Origin: Eubacteriales bacterium
GTDB lineage: Bacteria > Bacillota > Clostridia > Oscillospirales > SIG627
Direction of reading: 5' to 3'
Assembly: GCA_045531235.1 (NCBI GenBank)
Contig: JAZSDQ010000062.1
Span: 1-53,009, forward strand
Length of the DNA stretch: 53,009 bases
How positions within the stretch are numbered: the first letter of the stretch is position 1; each line of letters opens with the position of its first letter. Position numbers and translations under genes: made by a program. Below the pieces are notes generated by a model. The model searched no databases. It saw only the letters and a program-made list of their open reading frames with translations, and was not told the DNA's origin. Shown one piece after another: positions 27,853-37,214 of the stretch.

Positions 27853-28854
27853 ATGAGTTCCAACATTCGTCCCGAATCCATGACAAGAATTACTACGAAA
27901 GAACTTGCCGCTGCATTTATTGAGGAACAGGTTCAAGAAGTCAGAAAGCAGGTAGGAGACAAAAAAGTTCTTCTGGCCCTTTCCGGAGGTGTAGACTCCT
28001 CTGTGGTTGCCGCGCTTTTGATCAAAGCCATCGGCAAACAGCTTGTATGTGTTCATGTAAATCACGGTCTTATGAGAAAAGGCGAAAGCGAAGCAGTTAT
28101 TGAAATGTTCCGCGGCGAGCTGGATGCAAACCTCGTATACGTTGACGCTACTGACCGTTTTCTTGATCTTTTGGCCGGCGTTAGCGATCCCGAAAAGAAG
28201 AGAAAGATCATCGGCGCAGAATTCATTAACGTATTTGCTGATGAAGCTCGCAAGTTGGAAGGAGTTTCCTATCTAGCTCAGGGTACCATTTATCCCGATA
28301 TTCTTGAGAGTATTAAGCAAGCTGAGGGAAAAAAAGCCGTGAAATCTCACCATAACGTTGGTGGCCTTCCGGAAGATCTTCAATTTGAATTGGTAGAGCC
28401 CATTAAGCTTCTCTTCAAAGATGAAGTTCGTGTTGTCGGTGAAGCCCTCGGTCTTCCTCACAGCATGGTTTACCGTCAGCCCTTCCCCGGTCCGGGTCTT
28501 GGCGTGCGCTGCCTTGGTGCCATCACCCGCGACAGACTGCACGCGCTTCGCGAAGCAGATGCAATTCTTCGTGAAGAATTTGATAAAAACGGTCTCGCAG
28601 AAAAGGTTTGGCAGTATTTCATTGCAGTACCGGATATTAAAAGCGTTGGCGTAAAAGATGAGAGCCGCTATGAAGGCTGGCCCGCCATCATCCGTGCTGT
28701 CAATACCAAAGATGCAATGACTGCAACCATCGAGGAAATTCCCTACCCCATTCTTCATCACATCACCGACCGCATCACCCACGAGGTCAACGGCATCAAC
28801 CGTGTCCTCCTTGATCTTACCCCCAAACCCATCGGTACCATCGAATGGGAATAA
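27853..28854 (+). CDS. guaA: GMP synthase ATP-pyrophosphatase/dimerisation domains only (no glutamine amidotransferase domain)
   Basis: 333 aa. PP-loop VLLALSGGVDSSV, NVGGLPE, YRQPFPGPGLGVR and the canonical C-terminus PIGTIEWE. The protein begins about 40 residues before the PP-loop. Confidence 0.85.
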   Translation: MSSNIRPESMTRITTKELAAAFIEEQVQEVRKQVGDKKVLLALSGGVDSSVVAALLIKAIGKQLVCVHVNHGLMRKGESEAVIEMFRGELDANLVYVDATDRFLDLLAGVSDPEKKRKIIGAEFINVFADEARKLEGVSYLAQGTIYPDILESIKQAEGKKAVKSHHNVGGLPEDLQFELVEPIKLLFKDEVRVVGEALGLPHSMVYRQPFPGPGLGVRCLGAITRDRLHALREADAILREEFDKNGLAEKVWQYFIAVPDIKSVGVKDESRYEGWPAIIRAVNTKDAMTATIEEIPYPILHHITDRITHEVNGINRVLLDLTPKPIGTIEWE

Positions 28855-28974
28855 ATTAATAATACAAAGCGGCTTGGAAGGATCGTCTAAGCCGTTTTTC
28901 ATATTATTGACTCTTGGAAAACCAATAATAAAGCAACGCTTTTTAAAACAATAAAAAGCACCGCGACTCTATAG

Positions 28975-29004
28975 AAAAAGTCCCCTCAATTGAGGGGACT
29001 TTTT
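28975..29004. terminator. Bidirectional intrinsic terminator
   Basis: aaaaa-gtcccctc-aatt-gaggggac-ttttt. Confidence 0.8.
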
Positions 29005-29057
29005 ATGTTGACTTTATGATAACAATTCAATACCGCCAAGCTCTGTTGCCAAAGAAA

Positions 29058-29860
29058 TCAAAAGCCAACACCGGTAATCATCAAAAGAGTGCCCCAAGAC
29101 ACCTTCTTTAAAGATGTGCCTTCATCAGCACCACGGAAGCCAGTAAGAAGAACAGCAACACAAGTAGCAGCAAGGCCTACATTGATCCCAAAAAACGCTG
29201 CAACCGCAACTGCCAATATTCCACCCAGAGTTGCCCTCTGCTTCCCGGAAAAGGGAGGAACCTTCTCATTTTTAGCATCAACCGCTACAGAGGAAACGTC
29301 AAACCTATGCCACTTGAACACGAAGAAGTAATACTGCAAACAACGTGTTGGTTAATGCCATTTTCAAGTTCAGCGAAGCTGCCAATCCTCCAATTCCCGC
29401 TTCGCTTGCCTTGGTGATAGCAACAATTCCAGAAGGGGTAAGGGAGAAAGTCCGCCCGCAAAAGCTCCCAAAGAGCCAAAGGGTAATAGGCTGATAGGAC
29501 TGCAACCGGTTTGCTTTGCAAGTGCAACAATGATCGCTGCCATAAGAGCCGTTACGGAAATAAGTCCGGGGCCAATCGCCGACAGCACGGCACCCAACAA
29601 AAACAAAATGATAGGAAATACCTTTGCATTACCTTTACAAAGAGCAAGCACCTTTCTTGCCAGAACATCCAGAGTCTTATTCTCCTAAGCAATGCAAAAG
29701 AGATACATTACTCCAAAAAGCATTAAAAACATTTTATTGTCAAAGGCAGAGATAATAAATTTTCCGGCATTCTTATAGCGTGCACCAACGCCAATGACGC
29801 CATAATAGCGGCAAGTCCGGTATTCACTTTAAAAACAAAAGCGGCAACTATCATTTAGGA
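29058..29860 (-). pseudogene. Decayed anion/citrate-type permease gene (ArsB/NhaD/CitMHS-superfamily-like remnant)
   Basis: Membrane-protein-like sequence is spread over three minus-strand frames (track ORFs 29370-29651, 29305-29505 and 29058-29339). Two further in-frame stops lie upstream (…LPLTIKCF* and …MYLFCIA*ENKTLDVLARKVLALCKGN…). Confidence 0.6.
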
Positions 29861-29890
29861 CGGAAACCTTAACGACTTTGGTCTAATTTG

Positions 29891-29931
29891 ATAAAACAAA
29901 ACACTGTCGAAGAAATAGCTTCAGCAGTGTT
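29891..29931 (-). terminator. Probable terminator of the LysR-family gene (also works on the plus strand)
   Basis: aacactg-tc-gaag-aaatag-cttc-ag-cagtgtt with T-rich tracts on both sides, about 120 nt downstream of the LysR stop. Confidence 0.55.
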
Positions 29932-30050
29932 CTTTTTATTTATTAATCTGTAGTTGTTAAGAAATATATAAGAAATATCTATAATTTGTGTTGAAATATC
30001 TACATTTTTTCTATTTTACTTTACAAAACTTTTCCTGTAAAATATCTTTA

Positions 30051-30995
30051 TTAAGAATTGTCTACAAAATTTACTTTTTTACTCAAATATTTGTTGTCTG
30101 AAACAAATTCATCCATACATTGAAGAAACGTTTTGATAACACTCTCTTCCGGGTAATTTTTAGAAATCAAGGCATTACAGCTGCGGAACTCAGGGCCGGG
30201 AGAAATACGTCGAAGAGTCAGAGTATCCGGATGAGCAACTACGGTCTGCTGCGCTACATTGGCAAGTGATAAACCCCAGCAGCGGGGATCCGTCAGATAG
30301 GTATGAATAGATAGCATACTACTTGTAATAAAGTACGGCTTCTCTTTTTTTAGACCGCAAGATTCTCTCCAATTTTGCAGCATCTGATTTCCGTAGCCTT
30401 CATGAACTACTTCAAAATTCTCATCCAAATCTTCAGGAGTCAGTAATCGATCAGGTAAGGGAGTATCAATAGGACAGAGAATACAGTACTCCTCATCAAA
30501 GAGAGGCACTTTAGCAATATGTTTAGGCACTCCGCCTGCAAAGGTGGGCGCATCATAGGCAATGGCAATATCAAAGGAATGATCCTTCATAGCTTGCTCT
30601 ATATCCTTGATCTCAAGCGTACTTAGGCGAATTTCAACATCGGGAATCAGACGTAGCAGCTTTTGAATCAAATGGCAAACAATGTATTGGTGGGATACTA
30701 CGCTGGCAGCCAGACGAAGCGTACCTTTTTGATGCTCTTTTACAAAAAGCTCGAAACGATTATCAAGTTCTGCGTGTTGACGAGCGAGATAATAGAATTC
30801 TCTTCCTGCAGGTGTCAATTCCACTTCCCTCTTTCCCTTCGTCCGCTTTACAAGCTGAATGCCACCAAGAGCCTGTTCCAATTGATTCAGATTCGCCGAA
30901 ATCGTGGGCTGCGTATAATTTAATGCCACTGCTGCAGCAGAGATTGTCCCGTACTTTGCAATTGCCAAAAATGCATTGATCTCTTGCTGTTTCAT
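30051..30995 (-). CDS. LysR family transcriptional regulator
   Basis: N-terminal wHTH INAFLAIAKYGTISAAAVALNYTQPTISANLNQLEQ, 314 aa, divergent from a transporter gene. Confidence 0.88.
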   Translation of the reverse strand: MKQQEINAFLAIAKYGTISAAAVALNYTQPTISANLNQLEQALGGIQLVKRTKGKREVELTPAGREFYYLARQHAELDNRFELFVKEHQKGTLRLAASVVSHQYIVCHLIQKLLRLIPDVEIRLSTLEIKDIEQAMKDHSFDIAIAYDAPTFAGGVPKHIAKVPLFDEEYCILCPIDTPLPDRLLTPEDLDENFEVVHEGYGNQMLQNWRESCGLKKEKPYFITSSMLSIHTYLTDPRCWGLSLANVAQQTVVAHPDTLTLRRISPGPEFRSCNALISKNYPEESVIKTFLQCMDEFVSDNKYLSKKVNFVDNS

Positions 30996-31066
30996 AATAT
31001 ACTCCGTTTTTCTATATTTTCATATACAACCCCATTATACTGTTACGAAAATTCTATGTCAATAAA

Positions 31067-31085
31067 TATAGCATTTGTTTCTATA
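31067..31085. promoter_or_regulatory. Candidate LysR box (TATAG-N9-CTATA, T-N11-A type)
   Basis: Read directly in the LysR/CitMHS divergent intergenic region, about 24 nt upstream of the CitMHS ATG. Confidence 0.4.
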
Positions 31086-31108
31086 AAATTTTAGTGGAGG
31101 TAAAACTT

Positions 31109-32440
31109 ATGACAGAAACAAACATTCTCAGCATTGCGGGCTTTATTACCATCGCAGCAATACTAATTCTTCTGAACAGAAAATTTGTGTCACCGTATGT
31201 TGCGATCTCAATGATCCCCATTATCACCTGCCTTTGCATCGGCAAAGGCGCTTCTCTCGGCGAATACATATTGGATGGCATCTCTTCCATTGCTCAAACA
31301 GGAATTATGTTTATTTTCTCTGTTGCATTTTTCGGAATTTTGAGCGAGACAGGCGCTTTCGATCCCATTGTCGATAAAATTATCATCGCTACTAAAGGAG
31401 ATCCTGTCCGTTTGATGGTCGGGGTGTTCTTATTTGCCAGCATCGTACATCTTGACGGATCAGGCGTGGTTACCTGTCTTTTAGTAGTTCCTCCTATGCT
31501 TCCCATCTTTAAGCGCCTTAAGATGAAAAATACTTCCTTTGCCGTAGCTCTTGGCCTTGGATCCGGCCTTATGAATGCAATTCCTTGGGGCGGTCCCACC
31601 ATGCGTGCCGCTACCGTCTTGAATATGGATGTAATGAAGCTTTGGATTCCTTTTATTCCAACACAGATTTTCGGAATGATCGTTGCTTTAATGATCTGTA
31701 TTTATATCGGTGTAAAAGAGAGAAAGCGTTTGATCACTGAAGGCGTTCTTTCAAATAAAGAAAAGCTCAATATGGATGAATTTGCTGTGCACTTGACCGA
31801 AGAACAAATGGAGATGCGCCGACCAAAACTAATTTGGATCAACTGGATCTTGATCTTGTTATCCATTGCACTTTTAATAAGCGGCATAATGAAGCCAGTT
31901 GTAGTATTTATGATAGGTGTTGCTTTGGCGCTGATTATCAACTATCGCGATCCCGCACTGCAGCGAAAACTCCTGGAGGATAAAGGAAAAGATGCCATTG
32001 GCTTAACCTGCATTATTCTTGCCGCAGGCGTGCTCATGGGAATTATGGGGAAATCCGGAATGTCAACTGCCATGGCGACCACGTTGGTAAAACTGATCCC
32101 CAATGCGATATCAAAATTCATGGCACCTATCATTGGTGTTCTGACTGTTCCTCTTTCCATTCTTTTCGACGCTGACTCATACTACTATGGAATTATGCCA
32201 ATTATAATTGAAACCGCAGAAGCAATGGGTGCAAGCGGCATTGATATTGCAAGAGCTTCCATCATTGGACAAATGACCGTAGGTTGGCCCGTAAGCCCTA
32301 TGGTAGGCACCTTTTTCCTGTTTACAGGTCTGTTAGATCTTGACATAGGTGCTTGGCAAAAATATTCCATAAAATTCCTTGTTTTGGTTACAGTTGCAAT
32401 GACTGCTTTTGCATGCTTGACAGGACTGTTTTCGTTCTAG
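31109..32440 (+). CDS. CitMHS family citrate/divalent-metal:H+ symporter
   Basis: Polytopic, with GIMFIFSVAFFGILSETGAFDPIV and IPWGGPTMRAA. ATG at 31109 lies 8 nt after GGAGG; the track starts at a GTG at 31094. Confidence 0.8.
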   Translation: MTETNILSIAGFITIAAILILLNRKFVSPYVAISMIPIITCLCIGKGASLGEYILDGISSIAQTGIMFIFSVAFFGILSETGAFDPIVDKIIIATKGDPVRLMVGVFLFASIVHLDGSGVVTCLLVVPPMLPIFKRLKMKNTSFAVALGLGSGLMNAIPWGGPTMRAATVLNMDVMKLWIPFIPTQIFGMIVALMICIYIGVKERKRLITEGVLSNKEKLNMDEFAVHLTEEQMEMRRPKLIWINWILILLSIALLISGIMKPVVVFMIGVALALIINYRDPALQRKLLEDKGKDAIGLTCIILAAGVLMGIMGKSGMSTAMATTLVKLIPNAISKFMAPIIGVLTVPLSILFDADSYYYGIMPIIIETAEAMGASGIDIARASIIGQMTVGWPVSPMVGTFFLFTGLLDLDIGAWQKYSIKFLVLVTVAMTAFACLTGLFSF

Positions 32441-32460
32441 TTTCCACTCTTCATAAATTT

Positions 32461-32491
32461 CGACTCGAAAGATAATCTTTCGAGTCGTTTT
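32461..32491 (+). terminator. Intrinsic terminator of the CitMHS gene
   Basis: cgactcgaaag-ataat-ctttcgagtcg-tttt. Confidence 0.8.
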
Positions 32492-32529
32492 CTTAACAAT
32501 AATCAAAATCGATACTTTTCTTAAATGCT

Positions 32530-32559
32530 ATTGTGTTTTCACAATATTTGTGGTACAAT
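32530..32559 (+). promoter_or_regulatory. Promoter region of the AGCS-CapA pair with overlapping palindromes
   Basis: ATTGTG-TTTT-CACAAT (32530-32545) and CACAA-TAT-TTGTG (32540-32552) lie immediately upstream of the extended -10 TGgTACAAT (32554-32559). Confidence 0.45.
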
Positions 32560-32595
32560 ACCAAAAATAACTAAAATTAATAAGTGAGAAGAATT

Positions 32596-33987
32596 ATGGA
32601 TGCAATACTAAATTTTTTCACCGGTACTTTAAATACCATAGCTTGGATGTACATTCTTCTTCCTTGCGTTGCTATTGGCGGTATTTTCTTCACCATAAGA
32701 AACCGAGGAATCCAGTTTTCAAAGCTTGGATATGCATTAAAAAATACTGTTGGCAAAGCATTTCAGAAAGACAACACTGAAAAAGGATCAGTTACTCCTT
32801 TCCAGGCGCTCACAACAGCTTTGGCCGCAACCGTTGGCACCGGTAACATTATTGGTACATGTCAAGCGATTGCCATGGGTGGCTACGGTTCACTCTTTTG
32901 GCTATGGGTTGCAGCACTCCTTGGAATGATCATTAAGTATTCCGAGGTCGTACTTTCCGTTCATTTTCGTGAACACAACAGCAAAGGCGACTGGGTCGGT
33001 GGACCTATGCACTATATCGTAAACGGAATGGGAAAGAATTGGAAATGGCTCGCTGTTCTTTTCGCTTGCTTTGCTATCCTTGCTTCATTCGGTATTGGTA
33101 ATCTTTCTCAGGCAAACAGTATTTCCGAATCCATAAACAACGCTTTCACAGCGTTTATCCCCTCTCTCTCTGAGAGTCACGATACTATCAGTTTAATCAT
33201 TGGCATTATAATGGCTATTCTAACCGCAATTGCTCTTCTTGGCGGTATCAAACGCATCGGTAAAGTTACCGAATACCTTGTACCCTTTATGAGCTTTTTC
33301 TACATAGTTTTTTCTTTGATCGTTATCATAGCAAACATTGGTAATATCGGTGATGCTTTTTCCAAAATCTTTGTCGGAGCTTTCACCCCCAAAGCAGTGC
33401 TCGGTGCTGCAAGCGGTATCGCTTTGAAGGAAGCTCTTGTTTGGGGTCTTCGCCGCAGTGCCTTCTCAAACGAGGCCGGTCTTGGTTCTGCCGCCATCGC
33501 TCATGCCGCTGCAGATACAAAAGGACCGGTTCAGCAAGGTCTTTACGGTATTTTTGAAGTTTTTGCCGATACGCTTGTAATCTGCACTCTTACAGGTCTT
33601 ACCGTAATTATCAGCGGTGTTGACGTAGCATTCGGCGTAAAACCAAGTTCAGAACTAATTACAGCTGCATTTGCAACGGTATTGGGAGAAAAATTTGCTT
33701 CTGTATTCGTTGCAATTGCTTTGATGTTCTTCGCATATTCAACCATTCTTGGATGGTCACTGTACGGAACAAGATGTATTGAATACCTTTTTGGAATGAA
33801 AGCAACAAAAGTTTACCAAATTATTTTTACTGTTATGATCATTGTAGGCGCAACTACCTCTCTGGATGTTGCTTGGGATATTGCAGATACCTTCAACGGA
33901 CTGATGGCAATTCCTAACTTTATCGCTCTCTTTGCCCTCTCCGGTGTTGTTGCAAAACTGACAAAAGATTACTTCAAGAAAAAATAA
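32596..33987 (+). CDS. Alanine/glycine:cation symporter (AGCS) family transporter
   Basis: TPFQALTTALAATVGTGNIIG and FSNEAGLGSAAIAHAAA are AGCS signatures. The start is either the ATG at 32596 or the GTG at 32584. Confidence 0.88.
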   Translation: MDAILNFFTGTLNTIAWMYILLPCVAIGGIFFTIRNRGIQFSKLGYALKNTVGKAFQKDNTEKGSVTPFQALTTALAATVGTGNIIGTCQAIAMGGYGSLFWLWVAALLGMIIKYSEVVLSVHFREHNSKGDWVGGPMHYIVNGMGKNWKWLAVLFACFAILASFGIGNLSQANSISESINNAFTAFIPSLSESHDTISLIIGIIMAILTAIALLGGIKRIGKVTEYLVPFMSFFYIVFSLIVIIANIGNIGDAFSKIFVGAFTPKAVLGAASGIALKEALVWGLRRSAFSNEAGLGSAAIAHAAADTKGPVQQGLYGIFEVFADTLVICTLTGLTVIISGVDVAFGVKPSSELITAAFATVLGEKFASVFVAIALMFFAYSTILGWSLYGTRCIEYLFGMKATKVYQIIFTVMIIVGATTSLDVAWDIADTFNGLMAIPNFIALFALSGVVAKLTKDYFKKK

Positions 33988-34004
33988 ACGAATTGGGAGA
34001 GATT

Positions 34005-35297
34005 ATGAAATTTATTGCAACAGGCGATACAATCGTAACATGTCCTTACACAAGGGACTATGAAGGCTATGATGAGCTTGTGAAATTCATTCGCACCGCC
34101 GATGTACGAATGAATAATATGGAAAACCCCTTGGTTGACGGTCCCTGCGAAACCAGTGCGTTTTCCGGTATTCCATGGATGGCGGCACCAACCTCCCTAT
34201 TAGATGAAATGGCTGATTTCGGATTCAACTGCTATGGTTTTGCAAACAACCATAACCTTGACTATTTTTATACAGGTCTAAAAAGCACCCTGAAGGCGTT
34301 CAAAAAGAGAGGACTGCCTGTAGCAGGTGCCGGAGACAATCTGGAAGAAGCGACACGCCACTGTAAAGTAGAAACCGAGAGAGGTTCCCTTGCCCTTGTC
34401 GCAGTCACCGCAACTTGTGATCCTTCTGCCAGAGCAGGAGAAGCAAACGGCAGCATCTTGGCACGCCCCGGCGTCAGTATGCTCCGCCACTCGGAGAAAT
34501 ATTTTGTAACAGAAAAGCAAATGGAAATCCTTGGCGAAATCGCAGAGTACACCAAGGTTAACGGAAGGGCAAACAATGCACGAAGTCTCGGTTCCCTTGC
34601 AACTACTGACGGTGTCTTCCCTTTTGGTCCTCTTGAATTTGCTTTGGGAGATGGTGGCAAGATCACGATTCCGAACTCTTATGATATGGAACGTCTGGAA
34701 AAGGCTGTGAAAGCTGCAAAAAATGATGCAGATCGCGTGGTTGTATATGTGCATACGCACGAGATCAAGGGAGATCAGGAAATGGAACCTGACTACTTTA
34801 TCGAGACGTTTGCAAGGGCTTGCATTGATTGGGGCGCAGACGCTGTTGTTTGCAGCGGCACACACCAAATCAAGGCAGTAGAAATATATAACAAGAAACC
34901 TATTTATTACTCCATTGCCAACTTTTTCTTCAGACCTTACGATATGGATTATTACCCCGCTGAGTGGTATGAAAAATACGGAATTGATAAGAATTTGAGC
35001 GTAGCAGATGCTGAGCGTTTTCGTTCTAAGAACGGAACGATCGGACTATTTACCCAAGCATACTGTTTTCGTTGCATAGCCCCGGTGATAGAATGGGATG
35101 AATACGGCAACGTTACAAAAATAGCCGCACTTCCTTTAAGTCTCGGATTTCATGACAGTATGAAATCCAAAGGTTTTCCCAGAATTGCCAAGGGCGAAGA
35201 CATAGATGCTCTCTATCAACAATTACAAAACACATGCGAACCTTACGGCACAAAAGTTACATTAAAAGATGGTTTATTTGAGTTCTCAGAAAAATAA
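34005..35297 (+). CDS. CapA (PGA_cap) family metallophosphatase-fold protein, cytoplasmic form
   Basis: FIATGDT…, GFNCYGFANNHNLDY, YVHTHE and SGTHQ are calcineurin-like/CapA motifs. No signal peptide or TM helix. Lies 17 nt after the AGCS stop. Confidence 0.7.
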   Translation: MKFIATGDTIVTCPYTRDYEGYDELVKFIRTADVRMNNMENPLVDGPCETSAFSGIPWMAAPTSLLDEMADFGFNCYGFANNHNLDYFYTGLKSTLKAFKKRGLPVAGAGDNLEEATRHCKVETERGSLALVAVTATCDPSARAGEANGSILARPGVSMLRHSEKYFVTEKQMEILGEIAEYTKVNGRANNARSLGSLATTDGVFPFGPLEFALGDGGKITIPNSYDMERLEKAVKAAKNDADRVVVYVHTHEIKGDQEMEPDYFIETFARACIDWGADAVVCSGTHQIKAVEIYNKKPIYYSIANFFFRPYDMDYYPAEWYEKYGIDKNLSVADAERFRSKNGTIGLFTQAYCFRCIAPVIEWDEYGNVTKIAALPLSLGFHDSMKSKGFPRIAKGEDIDALYQQLQNTCEPYGTKVTLKDGLFEFSEK

Positions 35298-35346
35298 TTA
35301 TATAGAAGAAGACGATGAGCACAGCTCATCGGCTTTCTAAATTAAA

Positions 35347-37077
35347 TCAATAATCTTTTTTATCCGTACATTTCCCAAATGCTTCTTTTAGATCAAAAGC
35401 AATGTTTTTCATGGTCCCTTCATCACATTTTATAACCTGTCTGTCATAACTTACAACTCCATTGGTTTCGTCCTCTACATCGCTAAGCTGAGTTAGAATC
35501 GTTGCACAAAGACCTTCTGTTTGAATCATGGGAATAACTTCACTTCGATAGAGTTCCGCTATGCTTTTTGTGAAGGCTTCAGGATCAGAACAGCTCTTAT
35601 ATCCGTACTGATTTTTTTCGTTAAAAAGATGACCGGGAATATTACAGGAATAGCCCCCGAATTCGGAAAGAACAAGCGGTCTTTTTTTGTCGTTCTTCAA
35701 ATTTAATTTTCTAAAATAGATATGCTCACTCAAAACATCGCTGTGTTTTCCTTGAAACCAACCGGAAGTTGCATCCCAGATTCTTGTAGGATCCTTCTTC
35801 TTCATATTGCAGTAAATTCGATCCGAATCGTACTGTCCCCATCCTTCATTAAAAATGGTATAGTATACGACCGAAGGATGATTATGAAGCAACTCTACGG
35901 TTTTATAGCAATTAGATTCAAACTGCTTACGTCTTTTTTCAGATGCACGATGACTGATTCCGCGACGAAGTCCTACAGTGGGTAGCGCGGTGTCCAAAAA
36001 GAAATTATATTTTCCGCTATTCACCATATCCTGAAAAACGATCATTCCGATTTTATCACAGTAATAATAGAACAGTTCAGGCTCAACCTTAATATGTTTT
36101 CTCAATGTGTTAAAGCCTAGTTTTTTCATATTTTCAATATCCCAAAGATAGCCTTCAGGTGTTGCAGGAAGATAAATGCCATCAGGAAAATAGCCTTGAT
36201 CAAGAAGACCGTGAAAGAAATAGGGGTTCCCATTTAGGGTTAGAAAAAACTTCTCACCGATTCTTTCACAAGAAATGCTGCGAAGGGCAAAGTATGATTG
36301 AACACGATCCTCGCCGCATTCCAATATAAACTCATAAAGGTACGGATCTTCCGGGGACCATAGATGAAGGTTGGCAGGAGAAAAAGTAATGGAATCCGTG
36401 TTGAAAGTATACGTTTCAATGCCATTTTCAGTTTTAACTACCAACTTTTTATCTGCAATCGGAGAAGTAACGGATATCGTTACCTCTTTGGTATCTGCAG
36501 AAATCTTGATATCTTCAATATAGTTTTTCGGAACACTTTCGAGCCACACCGATTGCCAAACGCCGCTAATGGGTGTGTACCACATACCGCCACGATCTTT
36601 TCTTTGCTTGCCGTAAGGGAGCTCGGTATCAAGGGCATCCAACACCTCAACACGGATATGATTTTCTTCAGATACAAGGATTTGATCTGTAACATCAAAG
36701 GAAAAAGGAAGATATCCGCCGATGTGTTCCCCAAGAAAATCCCCATTAAGATACACCCGTGCTATTTGATCTACGGCTCCAAAATGCAAAAGCACTCTAC
36801 CGCAAAAAAAATCCTTTGGGAGAGTAAAAATTCTGTCATACAAATATACTTCATTTTCTCCTGGTTCCCTCTCTATCCCGGAAAGTCGGGATTCGGGAGG
36901 ATATGGAACTTGTATTTCACCTAAATACGTTTCGTTTTCATCAACGCCAACAGAAAGTGACCACGGACCACAAAGCGAATAAAAGCTGTCGCGAACCATT
37001 TGCGGTCTGGGATAAGTATTCCAACCATCACCGGATAATGATTCAAAAGGAGTATATAATGTGTTAAATTTCGACAT
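35347..37077 (-). CDS. Glycoside hydrolase family 2 protein (beta-galactosidase/glucuronidase-like)
   Basis: 576 aa. Sugar-binding N-domain and a TIM barrel with NHPSVVYYTIFNEGWG (acid/base Glu in NEG) and a downstream LSEFGG (nucleophile-like). Confidence 0.8.
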   Translation of the reverse strand: MSKFNTLYTPFESLSGDGWNTYPRPQMVRDSFYSLCGPWSLSVGVDENETYLGEIQVPYPPESRLSGIEREPGENEVYLYDRIFTLPKDFFCGRVLLHFGAVDQIARVYLNGDFLGEHIGGYLPFSFDVTDQILVSEENHIRVEVLDALDTELPYGKQRKDRGGMWYTPISGVWQSVWLESVPKNYIEDIKISADTKEVTISVTSPIADKKLVVKTENGIETYTFNTDSITFSPANLHLWSPEDPYLYEFILECGEDRVQSYFALRSISCERIGEKFFLTLNGNPYFFHGLLDQGYFPDGIYLPATPEGYLWDIENMKKLGFNTLRKHIKVEPELFYYYCDKIGMIVFQDMVNSGKYNFFLDTALPTVGLRRGISHRASEKRRKQFESNCYKTVELLHNHPSVVYYTIFNEGWGQYDSDRIYCNMKKKDPTRIWDATSGWFQGKHSDVLSEHIYFRKLNLKNDKKRPLVLSEFGGYSCNIPGHLFNEKNQYGYKSCSDPEAFTKSIAELYRSEVIPMIQTEGLCATILTQLSDVEDETNGVVSYDRQVIKCDEGTMKNIAFDLKEAFGKCTDKKDY

Positions 37078-37214
37078 AGCGCACCCTCCAATTTTCTTAG
37101 CAATATTATATCAGATTCTTTCTTATTTTTCACTATGTTATAAAAATAATATATCAGTCTTGAAATATCGAATAAAATAGGATACAATTAGAGAACCATA
37201 TTAAGGAGAATACT

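Noticed and set aside
28273-28902. 209-aa ORF antisense to the guaA-like gene, and a 244-aa ORF (41905-42639) antisense to the GH20-like gene
   Set aside because: Same reasoning as above. They lie opposite genes with clear family motifs and have no independent start signals or recognisable domains.
29900-29940. Apparent orphan plus-strand terminator with no upstream plus-strand gene
   Set aside because: Read on the minus strand, the same hairpin is followed by a T-rich tract and lies about 120 nt downstream of the LysR gene. It is most simply the LysR terminator.
29961-30002. Three direct repeats GAAATATNTA between the LysR stop and its terminator
   Set aside because: They are short, AT-rich and lie in a 3' untranslated spacer. 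Nothing ties them to a promoter, an att site or a repeat elsewhere in the window, so they are probably chance low-complexity sequence.
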